From Escherichia phage ECML-4: 64,000 nucleotides of DNA. Under the pieces are notes generated by a model. It did not search any database. It was given only the letters and a program-made list of their open reading frames with translations, and was not told where the DNA came from. Below are positions 8,703 to 17,256 of this stretch, one piece after another. The position numbers were made by a program, and so were the translations under genes. The number at the start of each line of letters is the position of its first letter. Positions within the stretch are counted from its first letter, which is position 1. The stretch lies in sequence record JX128257. One strand, written 5' to 3'.

Positions 8703-10328
8703 TCATGCGTCTTTACCACCAAAGTTGCCGCCATTATCCTCCAGTTCCGGTTTTATATCAATTGGACCAGGACCAGAAGTAGATACTGGAGTTGCCCCAG
8801 CGCGTGATGCAGCACGACCAGCACCTTCAGCATATTTGATGTTGCCTTCAATAGTCTGAGCCACCGACAACTTATCACAAACTATTTCACTAGCCAGTAT
8901 TTTAGGCACTTTCAAAGTGTTGGAAACTTCCAACATCTCACAGATGATACGCATCACGTTTTGCGCCTGAATTTCGGCCAGCTGTGAAAATTTCATCAAC
9001 GCCGTGCCAGCAACCACATTGGAGTAGTTCGATGAATGTAGATGATAGACCTCACCTGTCTTGCGCTGAACTTCAGTCCCACCAATGGTCAGGTTGTGAT
9101 CACGACCAACATAGTAACGTTTGTCAAACATCGTCAGATCATAATGATCTTTGACTGATTTATTGACCACGTCCCCGTCAGGAAGCATCTGCTTATAAGA
9201 CCCCGAGGAGTGCATCCAATGGAGACGTTCCCCGCCTGGTGTGTCATCAACCTCCATGATATGCCCTGACCGAGATGCCATGACATTGTTGTAAGGATAA
9301 CGAGACCCGCCAGCAGAAGGAACCGACACCTCTCCTGTGTTATCAATATCTTGAACACGCCCAGAAGGGGGCGGAGTTTCCTGAACTTTTGGTGTACGAT
9401 CAGGGATTGGCTCAGACCATTTACCATTTTGTTGCGCAGGAGCCGCCGATGCTGTCGTAGCAGGACCAGGCCAACGATAACCCAACACAGATGAGCGGCT
9501 GAAGCGACTCACCTTCACAGAATCTGATTGGTTGCCTCCAATACACCAAACATAATTGGCATCGAATTTCTGCACGAACGCAACGTGTCCGAATGTTGGG
9601 TTGTTGCCACGCCGGAATACAACAACAGCGCCGTAGCGGGGTTCCGACAAAGGGGAACCCCATTGCAAATATGAACGAGCCAAAGCCGAGCGCGTTGAAG
9701 TGTATCCTGCTTGGATTAACACCCATCCCACAAATGAAGCGCACCAGCTGACTTCATCTTCCGAAGCGCCCAAAGATGTTGTCTTGTGATATTCCAAAAT
9801 CCTTGGGTTATTATTGAATTTGCCAGAATATTCTTTGACACCTAATTCACCACGAGCCACTGTCATCCATTTCTCAGGATCATAACCGTCCACAGGCGGT
9901 TGAGGTTCTGGTTGTGGGTCGTCTTCAATCTTGACAGGAACATTTTCAACGGCGTTATATTTCTGTCTTTCTATAGATTGAACAACCTGGCCCAGCGCCA
10001 ACGGGTTTGTGTCTGAACCATCCGTTGGTGTCGCCGCTGGCCAAACCCAGGCGATACGAATATTTTGGTATGCTTCATCCAAAGCAAATCCCATAACATC
10101 CGACCCGACTGTAATACCCGTTGGAGACCAGCCTAAACCTGCCGAGGAGGCGTTGGATGCTGGCATGAGCATTTTACCCCAAGGCAATAATTCGGTAGGT
10201 AAGAGAGTGGTATCTTCCGTGTGTACACCATAGATGCGCACAGCGACGCGCCCGTTCTGGTCGGGATCATTCACGTCTTCAACGCGCCCGTAAAACCAAC
10301 GCAAGTTGTCTAACATATTGAAACCCAT
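8703..10328 (-). CDS. gp5: baseplate hub / tail-associated cell-wall hydrolase, gp5-like with CHAP (NlpC/P60-type) domain
   Basis: N-terminal gp5-like OB region, central Cys-His hydrolase motifs (SWCASFVGWVL ... GHVAFV), position next to gp25. Confidence 0.75.
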   Translation of the reverse strand: MGFNMLDNLRWFYGRVEDVNDPDQNGRVAVRIYGVHTEDTTLLPTELLPWGKMLMPASNASSAGLGWSPTGITVGSDVMGFALDEAYQNIRIAWVWPAATPTDGSDTNPLALGQVVQSIERQKYNAVENVPVKIEDDPQPEPQPPVDGYDPEKWMTVARGELGVKEYSGKFNNNPRILEYHKTTSLGASEDEVSWCASFVGWVLIQAGYTSTRSALARSYLQWGSPLSEPRYGAVVVFRRGNNPTFGHVAFVQKFDANYVWCIGGNQSDSVKVSRFSRSSVLGYRWPGPATTASAAPAQQNGKWSEPIPDRTPKVQETPPPSGRVQDIDNTGEVSVPSAGGSRYPYNNVMASRSGHIMEVDDTPGGERLHWMHSSGSYKQMLPDGDVVNKSVKDHYDLTMFDKRYYVGRDHNLTIGGTEVQRKTGEVYHLHSSNYSNVVAGTALMKFSQLAEIQAQNVMRIICEMLEVSNTLKVPKILASEIVCDKLSVAQTIEGNIKYAEGAGRAASRAGATPVSTSGPGPIDIKPELEDNGGNFGGKDA

Positions 10329-10342
10329 TAGTCAATTAGAAT

Positions 10343-10352
10343 CATGGGTTAT
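10343..10352 (-). promoter_or_regulatory. near-consensus late promoter (CATAAATA) upstream of gp5-like gene
   Basis: Reverse complement of GTTATTTATG about 20 nt upstream of the ATG at 10328. Confidence 0.35.
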
Positions 10353-10649
10353 TTATGGCGGGGATTTGAAATCTGTCGAATAGTAATATTATAGGAAGCT
10401 CTGCTTCCGTTCAACTTTATTCTTTTCGTTTCTACTCGCTGAAGCTCGTAACACCGCCTTGACAGGCAGTCCCATTCCAATGCCATGGAGGCATAAAGGC
10501 GAGGAAAATACTGTACACCTCAGAACATGCGTAGAAAAGGATTATTTTTGCTTCAAAACAAATTCAAACCCCAATTTACACAACACTTACTTCAGCAACA
10601 ACGGTGTTATAGCAATTTAAGGTTAAACGTTCCTGTCTTAACCTATAAA

Positions 10650-10681
10650 ACAGGTAAGCAAAGAAAACCCCACATTACGTG
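10650..10681 (-). terminator. rho-independent terminator (minus strand)
   Basis: AACCCCAC-ATTAC-GTGGGGTT stem followed on the minus strand by TTTTCTTTGCTT. Confidence 0.7.
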
Positions 10682-10835
10682 GGGTTGGAAGATTTCTTGG
10701 ACAAACGTATCTTTAGTGTCTCTGTTAGCAAATCAAGATGCCAAGGCATCGACTCGCTTATTTCAAATATGCTATAGCCATGTGCCTTTAATTCGTCACA
10801 CATCACAAAGTAGGAGAGTAAATCAATTTCAAAAA

Positions 10836-11639
10836 TTAAATGAAAATTTCAGTGACACTGTTAAATTTGACTTCATGTTCTTTCCCACACGAAGGACATT
10901 TAATTTTCGTCGCGTAACGGATACGAGGAATCTTTTTAAAGAAATCGTCGGATATATCTTGAACAATCTCAGATTCAATATTTTCCCCCACCCATTTAAC
11001 AAATTCATCTTTGACGCGTTGACGTTCTTTAGCAACATCAGGTGCTATGCCAGGCTCTGCCGGATTCTCTACTTTCCAAACCTGACCATCATCGTCATAC
11101 AAACAATCAATAAATGTCGCGATCATTTGCTCCACAGATGATGCTTCGTTGAGCACTGAGGCGTCCGAGAAGGACGGTTGACGCATCTTGATGTGATAGC
11201 CACCAGGGAGGTCAAATGTTTCCCTGAAGCCTTCTGGGGACACGCATTTCACTTGGTTGAGGGGGATCGGTAAAACAAGTTCTTGACCACATTCTTTAAG
11301 GCCAGAAACTGGTTCTTCACCTTCATTTGTGTCGGATGGAACTTTGTTGTTACATTTGTATCGTATCTTCATGACCTCGCCGATAGATATACAGCGCATC
11401 TTTAAAAATACTTCTTCAGTAACACCGATTGGCAGTTTACTAAAGGGAACCCCAGCGTCAACACAACTATCAAACAGTTGCTCCAGCGTCGCCACACGTT
11501 CACTCATAGGAGTGTTCGGATCAGCAACCTGAAGTAACATGGTCTGTTGCCCTGCTGTAAAAGCGCGGTATTTAATCACCGTCGGCCAGAAATCACTTTT
11601 GTGTGTTCTCTCAGTTTTGGGCAATGATGGTAAATTCAT
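10836..11639 (-). CDS. late structural protein with C-terminal zinc ribbon (possible baseplate hub component)
   Basis: ATG at 11639 with GGAG SD and TATAAATA 29 nt upstream; C-terminal CPSCGKEH motif. The longer track ORF start overlaps the divergent gene. Confidence 0.55.
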   Translation of the reverse strand: MNLPSLPKTERTHKSDFWPTVIKYRAFTAGQQTMLLQVADPNTPMSERVATLEQLFDSCVDAGVPFSKLPIGVTEEVFLKMRCISIGEVMKIRYKCNNKVPSDTNEGEEPVSGLKECGQELVLPIPLNQVKCVSPEGFRETFDLPGGYHIKMRQPSFSDASVLNEASSVEQMIATFIDCLYDDDGQVWKVENPAEPGIAPDVAKERQRVKDEFVKWVGENIESEIVQDISDDFFKKIPRIRYATKIKCPSCGKEHEVKFNSVTEIFI

Positions 11640-11667
11640 AATGTATCTCCACGGTATATTGTAACCA

Positions 11668-11675
11668 TATTTATA
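11668..11675 (-). promoter_or_regulatory. T4-type late promoter motif TATAAATA (minus strand)
   Basis: Exact TATAAATA on the minus strand upstream of the start at 11639. Confidence 0.5.
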
Positions 11676-11688
11676 ATGAGGACCGAAA

Positions 11689-12213
11689 ATGCACGCGTTC
11701 TGTTTCAGTAAAGTTGGAGAACAACTTACCATTAATTATCCGGATACAAATACGGATTTCTTTGTATTGCTAACGGATTTCGCAAATAAATTGGGGATCA
11801 AGAATATCGCCATGACTGTGGACGATATGAAATTTGGTCGTCTGGGTGTAAAAGATTTATTGAATTACGGATTCAACGTAATCATCGTCGATCAGACATA
11901 CAGCCCAATTGACGAGGAAGATGTTATTCCAGTTTGGGTTCAACGAGACATAAACACTCTGGATAAACATTATCCCGATTGTGTCATCATTGGCGAATTA
12001 ATACCATATTTTCATAAACGTCGTCGGCTTGAATCAATTAAAAGTTATTTTCAAGATAGCGATGACGGATATAAAATGGATGTCCTTACGAGCGGTTGGG
12101 TTGTGAAGAATACCACAGGCAATGCCGACCGAATTACTTCCCGTCTTTATGAATATGTTAAAGAACGGGATTATGAACTGGAGAACAATAATGCCAAACG
12201 TAGAACGCGCTGA
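11689..12213 (+). CDS. hypothetical protein
   Basis: ORF with GAGGA SD, divergent from the baseplate genes. Confidence 0.5.
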   Translation: MHAFCFSKVGEQLTINYPDTNTDFFVLLTDFANKLGIKNIAMTVDDMKFGRLGVKDLLNYGFNVIIVDQTYSPIDEEDVIPVWVQRDINTLDKHYPDCVIIGELIPYFHKRRRLESIKSYFQDSDDGYKMDVLTSGWVVKNTTGNADRITSRLYEYVKERDYELENNNAKRRTR

Positions 12214-12676
12214 TATTCAGCAGGTACAAGACGTCATCCTTCAACGCCTCCGCGCTGTGATCACAAATGAAAAGGGAGAAATTGCGCCAGGGTTTGAAGG
12301 CGCATTCGACAGTTTCGTTGCCGATGACCAGGGGAACCCCGTTGTACAAACGATCGCTGGCATGATTATGCTGAATAGCGAATTTATGGCCGATGGTAAA
12401 ATCCATTATTCTCCCAATCTCAGTGTTGACGGAGAATCTTTGGCTTCCGAAGTGGTTGATTTAACGGTTGCCGTTGGTGAGTTGGGTTATGTTTTGATGG
12501 TTTGCACCGCGCATTATGTGGACGCCAACGGCCATGTGTCATATGGTGATGAAGCGCGGGGAATCAAACGTCATGTAGATACTGCGGCGGTTCTGCAGCA
12601 GATCCGTCAGATGCAAGACAATATGGATTCCAAACCCCGCCTGATTTTGCCAGATAGTAAAATCGTGACAAGATAA
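12191..12676 (+). CDS. hypothetical protein
   Basis: ATG at 12191 with GGAGAA SD; the track ORF from 12122 would overlap the previous gene heavily. Confidence 0.45.
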   Translation: MPNVERADIQQVQDVILQRLRAVITNEKGEIAPGFEGAFDSFVADDQGNPVVQTIAGMIMLNSEFMADGKIHYSPNLSVDGESLASEVVDLTVAVGELGYVLMVCTAHYVDANGHVSYGDEARGIKRHVDTAAVLQQIRQMQDNMDSKPRLILPDSKIVTR

Positions 12677-12725
12677 TCCGGTCTAAATACCCATAACACA
12701 ATGAAACTTCGTTATGGGTATTTTT

Positions 12726-13325
12726 ATGAAATTTTGCGGAATCGACTATTCTTATGGCTGTCCTGCCATGTGCTTCTGGGATGATAAAGATCCTTTGGAT
12801 TTTGACCATCTTCATTTCTATGCGCATCATACTGTAGAAAAACATTGTCGTCAGGTACGGCATAACATCCTCATTTTACGCCAGCCGAAATATGAATCCC
12901 CAGAAGAACGCTTCTACAATATCTCCAAATGGGCCGAAGCTGTTCTTCTAACCGAGAAGCCTGATTTCATCACCCTTGAGGGGTACGCAATGGGCAACTC
13001 GAAGAATTCCAATAACATATGCCAGACTGCTGAAAATACATCTTTATTGAAGCAAGCAATGCGCCGGAATAATATGGAATTCCAGATCGTCACTCCTTCT
13101 TTCGTTAAAAAGCATTTCTGTGGTAAAGGAAACGCCGATAAATTGGTAATGATCGATCATTTCGAGAAGCTGTTCAACGTTAAGATGCGTGGTATAATGG
13201 ACATGTTGGACGTGAAGGATCCAAAGCCTATCGATGATCTTGTAGACTCATTCGCAAACATGGTGTCTGGACCTTACTTCATAGAAAATTATCCCGATTT
13301 CAATAGAGGTGTAAGAAATGATTAA
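12726..13325 (+). CDS. RuvC-like Holliday junction resolvase (putative)
   Basis: N-terminal GIDYS, internal LEGY and DDLVDSF acidic motifs resembling RuvC/RNase H-fold resolvases; 9 bp hairpin (12689-12719) directly upstream. Confidence 0.5.
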   Translation: MKFCGIDYSYGCPAMCFWDDKDPLDFDHLHFYAHHTVEKHCRQVRHNILILRQPKYESPEERFYNISKWAEAVLLTEKPDFITLEGYAMGNSKNSNNICQTAENTSLLKQAMRRNNMEFQIVTPSFVKKHFCGKGNADKLVMIDHFEKLFNVKMRGIMDMLDVKDPKPIDDLVDSFANMVSGPYFIENYPDFNRGVRND

Positions 13326-13614
13326 TTACTGGCTGTTGGCAGATATACTGCTTTTCGCCTTGCTGTTGATAACGGCATTTATTTGGGTTAAGGGATTTCT
13401 GACATTCCTACACTCGTTGAGTGCCATGATATCTTTCTATGCTGTGTCCCCCCATAGTGACGTCAATGTACGAGCGGCAAATCAATCTGACATGTTGGCT
13501 GAATACGTCATGATGCGTGATAAAGCAACCAGGATCGTCCTGTTTTCTACACTGGCGGGGGCGGTTATTATATTCATACAACACGTCTTGGAGGCAACTC
13601 ATGCCGTTTTATGA
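13318..13614 (+). CDS. hypothetical membrane protein
   Basis: Two hydrophobic segments; GAGGTG SD. Confidence 0.45.
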   Translation: MINYWLLADILLFALLLITAFIWVKGFLTFLHSLSAMISFYAVSPHSDVNVRAANQSDMLAEYVMMRDKATRIVLFSTLAGAVIIFIQHVLEATHAVL

Positions 13615-13846
13615 TTATGCCTGTACAGGTTGTGGTAATTCTTTCAGTACCAGAAGGTCTTGTGCTGAACGCCATACGCCTGAATTAGATCCATGCGCTG
13701 AATGTGGCGGTGAAATCAAAATGGTCATTGGAGCACCAAAGATCGTATCTGGTGTCCGTGGCCCACAATCCGCACCTGATGGCTTCAAAGACGTATTGCG
13801 TCATATTAAGAAGCAGTCTGGGAAGGGGAATACAATCGATGTCTGA
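13601..13846 (+). CDS. FmdB-family zinc-ribbon protein
   Basis: MPFYDYACTGCG ... CAECGG pattern (two CxxC pairs); GGAGG SD. Confidence 0.55.
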   Translation: MPFYDYACTGCGNSFSTRRSCAERHTPELDPCAECGGEIKMVIGAPKIVSGVRGPQSAPDGFKDVLRHIKKQSGKGNTIDV

Positions 13847-14081
13847 CCAACAAATAGCACAAGTCCTTACACCTGATTCATTCTCAGAATTGGTGTTGAT
13901 GCGAGCGAGCCAACGCAAGGAGTCTATTCTTGAAACGATGGCCAGTGTTTGTGAAGAGTACGACATCGAAGAGGCGAAAGTTAAGAAACTGATTACACCA
14001 CCTCTCCTGTCAAGGCTAACAGCTGAATGTTCTGATGCTCGGTTGTTGAAGGGTGAATTGAAATCTAAAAAACTCATTTAA
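13839..14081 (+). CDS. hypothetical protein
   Basis: ORF overlapping the previous stop. Confidence 0.4.
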   Translation: MSDQQIAQVLTPDSFSELVLMRASQRKESILETMASVCEEYDIEEAKVKKLITPPLLSRLTAECSDARLLKGELKSKKLI

Positions 14082-14090
14082 GGTTGTAAC

Positions 14091-14330
14091 ATGAGCAAAG
14101 AGCAAATTTATAAATTGTTGAAGGCGCAAGAGTATCTGCCAGGTTCTATTCGCTGGCGTCATGGTAGCCTCAACGAACATGCTGATGATATGGATCGCGT
14201 TCGTTTCACAACGCCGGAAGGTAAATCCTATGTCATCGAGTACCATACATTCTTGGAAGGCCATAAAACCTTCTCGGATGTGTACGATATTATTGAGATA
14301 GACCCAGCAAAACAAATGATTGCGGGTTAA
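14091..14330 (+). CDS. hypothetical protein
   Basis: ORF with AAGG SD. Confidence 0.45.
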   Translation: MSKEQIYKLLKAQEYLPGSIRWRHGSLNEHADDMDRVRFTTPEGKSYVIEYHTFLEGHKTFSDVYDIIEIDPAKQMIAG

Positions 14331-14334
14331 CTCA

Positions 14335-14425
14335 ATAGCAAAAGGCAGTATAATTACATCGTCGGAATAATAGACAAATACATTTACAGAATAGCCCGAA
14401 GGGGCGGATTATAGAGGAATATAAA
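14335..14425 (+). promoter_or_regulatory. gp32 leader: AU-rich region and small GCCC-GAAG-GGGC hairpin, candidate autoregulatory operator
   Basis: Seen in sequence; function inferred from T4 gene 32 translational autoregulation. Confidence 0.3.
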
Positions 14426-15463
14426 ATGGGTAACTTATTTGATCGTCTTAAACAATCTCGTGGCCAACAAGCCGAAGCTATGCAACAGCGTCTCGCTCAG
14501 CAAGGTCAGCGTGTTGGTGGCGGTCGTGACCCGCGCATCTGGAAGTGGACTTGGAATGAAAAAGGCACTTCCGAAAACATTATTCGTTTCCTGCCTATCC
14601 CTTTAGTGGACATGAAGGCTCAAGAAGAAGGCACCATCCCTGAAGATGCTGTGTTAACTCCATGCGCCATGATCATGAAACACGCTTTCCAGGGTGCTGG
14701 CGGCTGGTATATCGAAAACTCACCTCAGACTTTCGGTAACGATGATCCGGTTCGTGACCACGATCGTCCTCTGTGGGCACAACAGAAAGAAACGAACGAT
14801 GAAAAACTGAAGACAGTCCTGAAAAAACGTCTGCCGGACACCAAATACTACGCCAATATCCTGGTGATCAAAGATGGCAATAATCCGGAAAATAACGGCA
14901 AGGTCTTCTTGCTGGAATTCGGTAATGCCGTCAAGAAAATCCTGGATTCGGCTCAGAATCCTAAGTTCTCAACCGACCCGAAATTCGACCCGTTCGATAT
15001 GTGGGAAGGTGCGAATCTGATTCTGAATCTGTACGGCGAAGAGAAAGAGTTCGGAAACTGGAAAGGCCTGGTTGCCAACTTCACCAACGTGAAGTGGGAT
15101 AGTCCGGCACCGCTCGGAACCGACGAATACATTGAAGAGATCTGGGAAAAAGAGCACAGCTTGTTTGAGTTCTTTAATCCGGCCAACTTCAAATCGTACG
15201 AAGATCTGGAAAAACGTTTGCGCAAAGTTCTGGCCATCCCTGATAATCAGCCTCTGGTTGAAGGTGGTGCTTCTACTATGGCACATGCGCCTACCCAGTC
15301 TCAGGAACCCCAGCGCCCGACAGCGCAGGAAAGTCTGAACCAACAACAATCTCAGCCTTCTAATGCACAGCAATCTGTTCCAGCCAATAATGGTGGTGCG
15401 GGTGCCGATGCGAAACAGACGGCTTCCATTGATGAGTTCGAGCAGTTCCTGAAGCAAGACTAA
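14426..15463 (+). CDS. gp32: single-stranded DNA-binding protein, gp32-like
   Basis: N-terminal similarity to T4 gp32 (NIIRFLP ...), acidic C-terminal tail, strong SD. Confidence 0.9.
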   Translation: MGNLFDRLKQSRGQQAEAMQQRLAQQGQRVGGGRDPRIWKWTWNEKGTSENIIRFLPIPLVDMKAQEEGTIPEDAVLTPCAMIMKHAFQGAGGWYIENSPQTFGNDDPVRDHDRPLWAQQKETNDEKLKTVLKKRLPDTKYYANILVIKDGNNPENNGKVFLLEFGNAVKKILDSAQNPKFSTDPKFDPFDMWEGANLILNLYGEEKEFGNWKGLVANFTNVKWDSPAPLGTDEYIEEIWEKEHSLFEFFNPANFKSYEDLEKRLRKVLAIPDNQPLVEGGASTMAHAPTQSQEPQRPTAQESLNQQQSQPSNAQQSVPANNGGAGADAKQTASIDEFEQFLKQD

Positions 15464-15470
15464 TTTCACT

Positions 15471-15495
15471 AAAGCCCCTTCGGGGGCTTTTTAGT
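15471..15495. terminator. terminator hairpin between convergent genes
   Basis: AAGCCCC-TTCG-GGGGCTT followed by TTTTTAGTTTTT. Confidence 0.75.
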
Positions 15496-16435
15496 TTTTA
15501 ACGACGTCCTGCAACAATCCGAGTAAACTACTCTTCTCGGACGCCGTCAGGTTATCATTGCCTAATATATCCCTCTGGATGCCGATAGAGATCCTTTCGA
15601 AGTCTGCCAGGCTGATACCCGCCAAATTATTTACAAGCTGATCGAGTTGCTTGTAGGCCAGTAGGGCTTCACCTGTAAAGTTCCCTTCCTTAATTTTTTT
15701 ATACAGCTGTCCGGCTTTTGACGCTGCGGTTTCCCAATCTCCGGAAGCAAGAGCATCAGCAATGCCCAAAGGAAGAAAGTCGCTGGCGAGGCTGCGCGTT
15801 TCATATTCAGTCTCCGATAATACTTTATTGTAAGAGAACGATATATTGTACTGGTTAAATTGGTCGGCGGCACTTTTGTCGAGGTCGATGGAACTGAAGT
15901 TAATAGGATGAGCCTCCGTCACATAAACACGGTGCACCACCTGGTCTTCTGTATCCATTTGCTCTATACAAATATCAGTCACGAAATCTTCGTAATAACC
16001 CATCTTGGTCGTATATGGGTCGAATATCAAATTCTTCCATTTATCCATGACCGACTTTTCATAATAGTCGTTGGCAAGGAGAAATGATAACTCCAGATCA
16101 ACGTTTGTTTTGTTGTTCGGCATCTTAATATGGTTGCCGTTATTTGTCATTGGCGTTGTATCAATCCCAGTACCAGGCAAAGAAGCAACCATACACATCA
16201 TTTGTAAGGAACGAGACGTCTGGTTTGTCCCTCCAAAGAAAGCGTTTACAATACGGGCGCTTTGTTTGAACAGATCCCCAAATGATGAAGATGAAGGATA
16301 TGCGTTGCCGTCATTGGATAGAGTCGCATTAGAATCGAAAATACCAGGCGGCAACGGGATTGTAACACGAAATCTGTTCTTGCGGGAAATCCCCCGCTGA
16401 AGCAGTTGCGTTAGAAAATTGCGATAGTCTTCCAC
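15491..16435 (-). CDS. hypothetical late protein (probably virion/structural)
   Basis: Proposed GTG start at 16435 with GGAG SD and TATAAATA about 35 nt upstream; the track ORF to 16630 would overlap the divergent gene. Start uncertain. Confidence 0.5.
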   Translation of the reverse strand: MEDYRNFLTQLLQRGISRKNRFRVTIPLPPGIFDSNATLSNDGNAYPSSSSFGDLFKQSARIVNAFFGGTNQTSRSLQMMCMVASLPGTGIDTTPMTNNGNHIKMPNNKTNVDLELSFLLANDYYEKSVMDKWKNLIFDPYTTKMGYYEDFVTDICIEQMDTEDQVVHRVYVTEAHPINFSSIDLDKSAADQFNQYNISFSYNKVLSETEYETRSLASDFLPLGIADALASGDWETAASKAGQLYKKIKEGNFTGEALLAYKQLDQLVNNLAGISLADFERISIGIQRDILGNDNLTASEKSSLLGLLQDVVKN

Positions 16436-16469
16436 GATGAGGACTCCATTTAAATAATATATCTGCTGA

Positions 16470-16477
16470 TATTTATA
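16470..16477 (-). promoter_or_regulatory. T4-type late promoter motif TATAAATA (minus strand)
   Basis: Exact TATAAATA on the minus strand in the divergent intergenic region. Confidence 0.5.
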
Positions 16478-16489
16478 AGGAGTTGACAA

Positions 16490-17194
16490 ATGGCCAAGAA
16501 CGCTATGGGTGAAGAAGACCCGTTGTTGCTTCCTGCCGAGATGGACGCCCCAGAATTGGTCAAGCGTTACATCCGCAAATATCGTCAACATTTTGGACCA
16601 GAAGCGAAACGTAATATCCGTCGGTCTCACGTGTGGTTTATGGAACGCGTATCGAAAGATGCCAATTTATCCCCCAACCACATGATGAAGGCGTTTGCTG
16701 AAAATAAACGTCCTGTTCAGGGTGTGCGCTATATTGTTGGTCGCATGTACTATTTCAAATATGATGCGCTGACCAAAGATGAACTCCCGTATTGGGATAT
16801 GTATCCTCTTGTATTCTTCTTCAATTTTGTGAAGGGTGACGGGGTAAAATTTGGGGAACGTGGTGTGACCTATCTTTATGGTCTCAACCTTCATTATTTG
16901 CCACCAAAGCTCAGATTATTAGTGTTTGAAGATCTTATCAAGTTGAGGAACGAAAGAGCGTATCGTTCTAAAACTCGTTTGAGACTTACTTGGGATGCCC
17001 TGAAACGGTTCGCCAATCACCCTCTGTACAACCATTGTGTGAAACTGTACCGCGCTGATCAATTTCGTTCACAGCTTTATGAGATTGAGCCTCAATACTG
17101 GGAAGTTGTTTTGTTTATGCGCACTGCTCGATTCCAGAAACAGAGCCAGATGTCTGTTTGGAAAGACGCTCGTCGTAAACACAAAAATGGTTAG
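16490..17194 (+). CDS. hypothetical protein
   Basis: ORF with AAGGAG SD. Confidence 0.55.
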   Translation: MAKNAMGEEDPLLLPAEMDAPELVKRYIRKYRQHFGPEAKRNIRRSHVWFMERVSKDANLSPNHMMKAFAENKRPVQGVRYIVGRMYYFKYDALTKDELPYWDMYPLVFFFNFVKGDGVKFGERGVTYLYGLNLHYLPPKLRLLVFEDLIKLRNERAYRSKTRLRLTWDALKRFANHPLYNHCVKLYRADQFRSQLYEIEPQYWEVVLFMRTARFQKQSQMSVWKDARRKHKNG

Positions 17195-17256
17195 TTCTAA
17201 AAGCCGTTCTATGGGATAATTCGCGAACGGCTTTCTATAAACATGAGGTTCCATAT

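Noticed and set aside
9134-9744. Two minus-strand ORFs (97 and 107 aa) in alternative frames
   Set aside because: Nested inside the gp5-like gene in other frames; Cys/Arg-rich nonsense-like translations.
10527-11141. 204 aa plus-strand ORF starting in the long spacer
   Set aside because: Runs through the minus-strand terminator and antisense into the 10836..11639 gene; nearest SD-like sequence is about 18 nt from the ATG; low-complexity translation.
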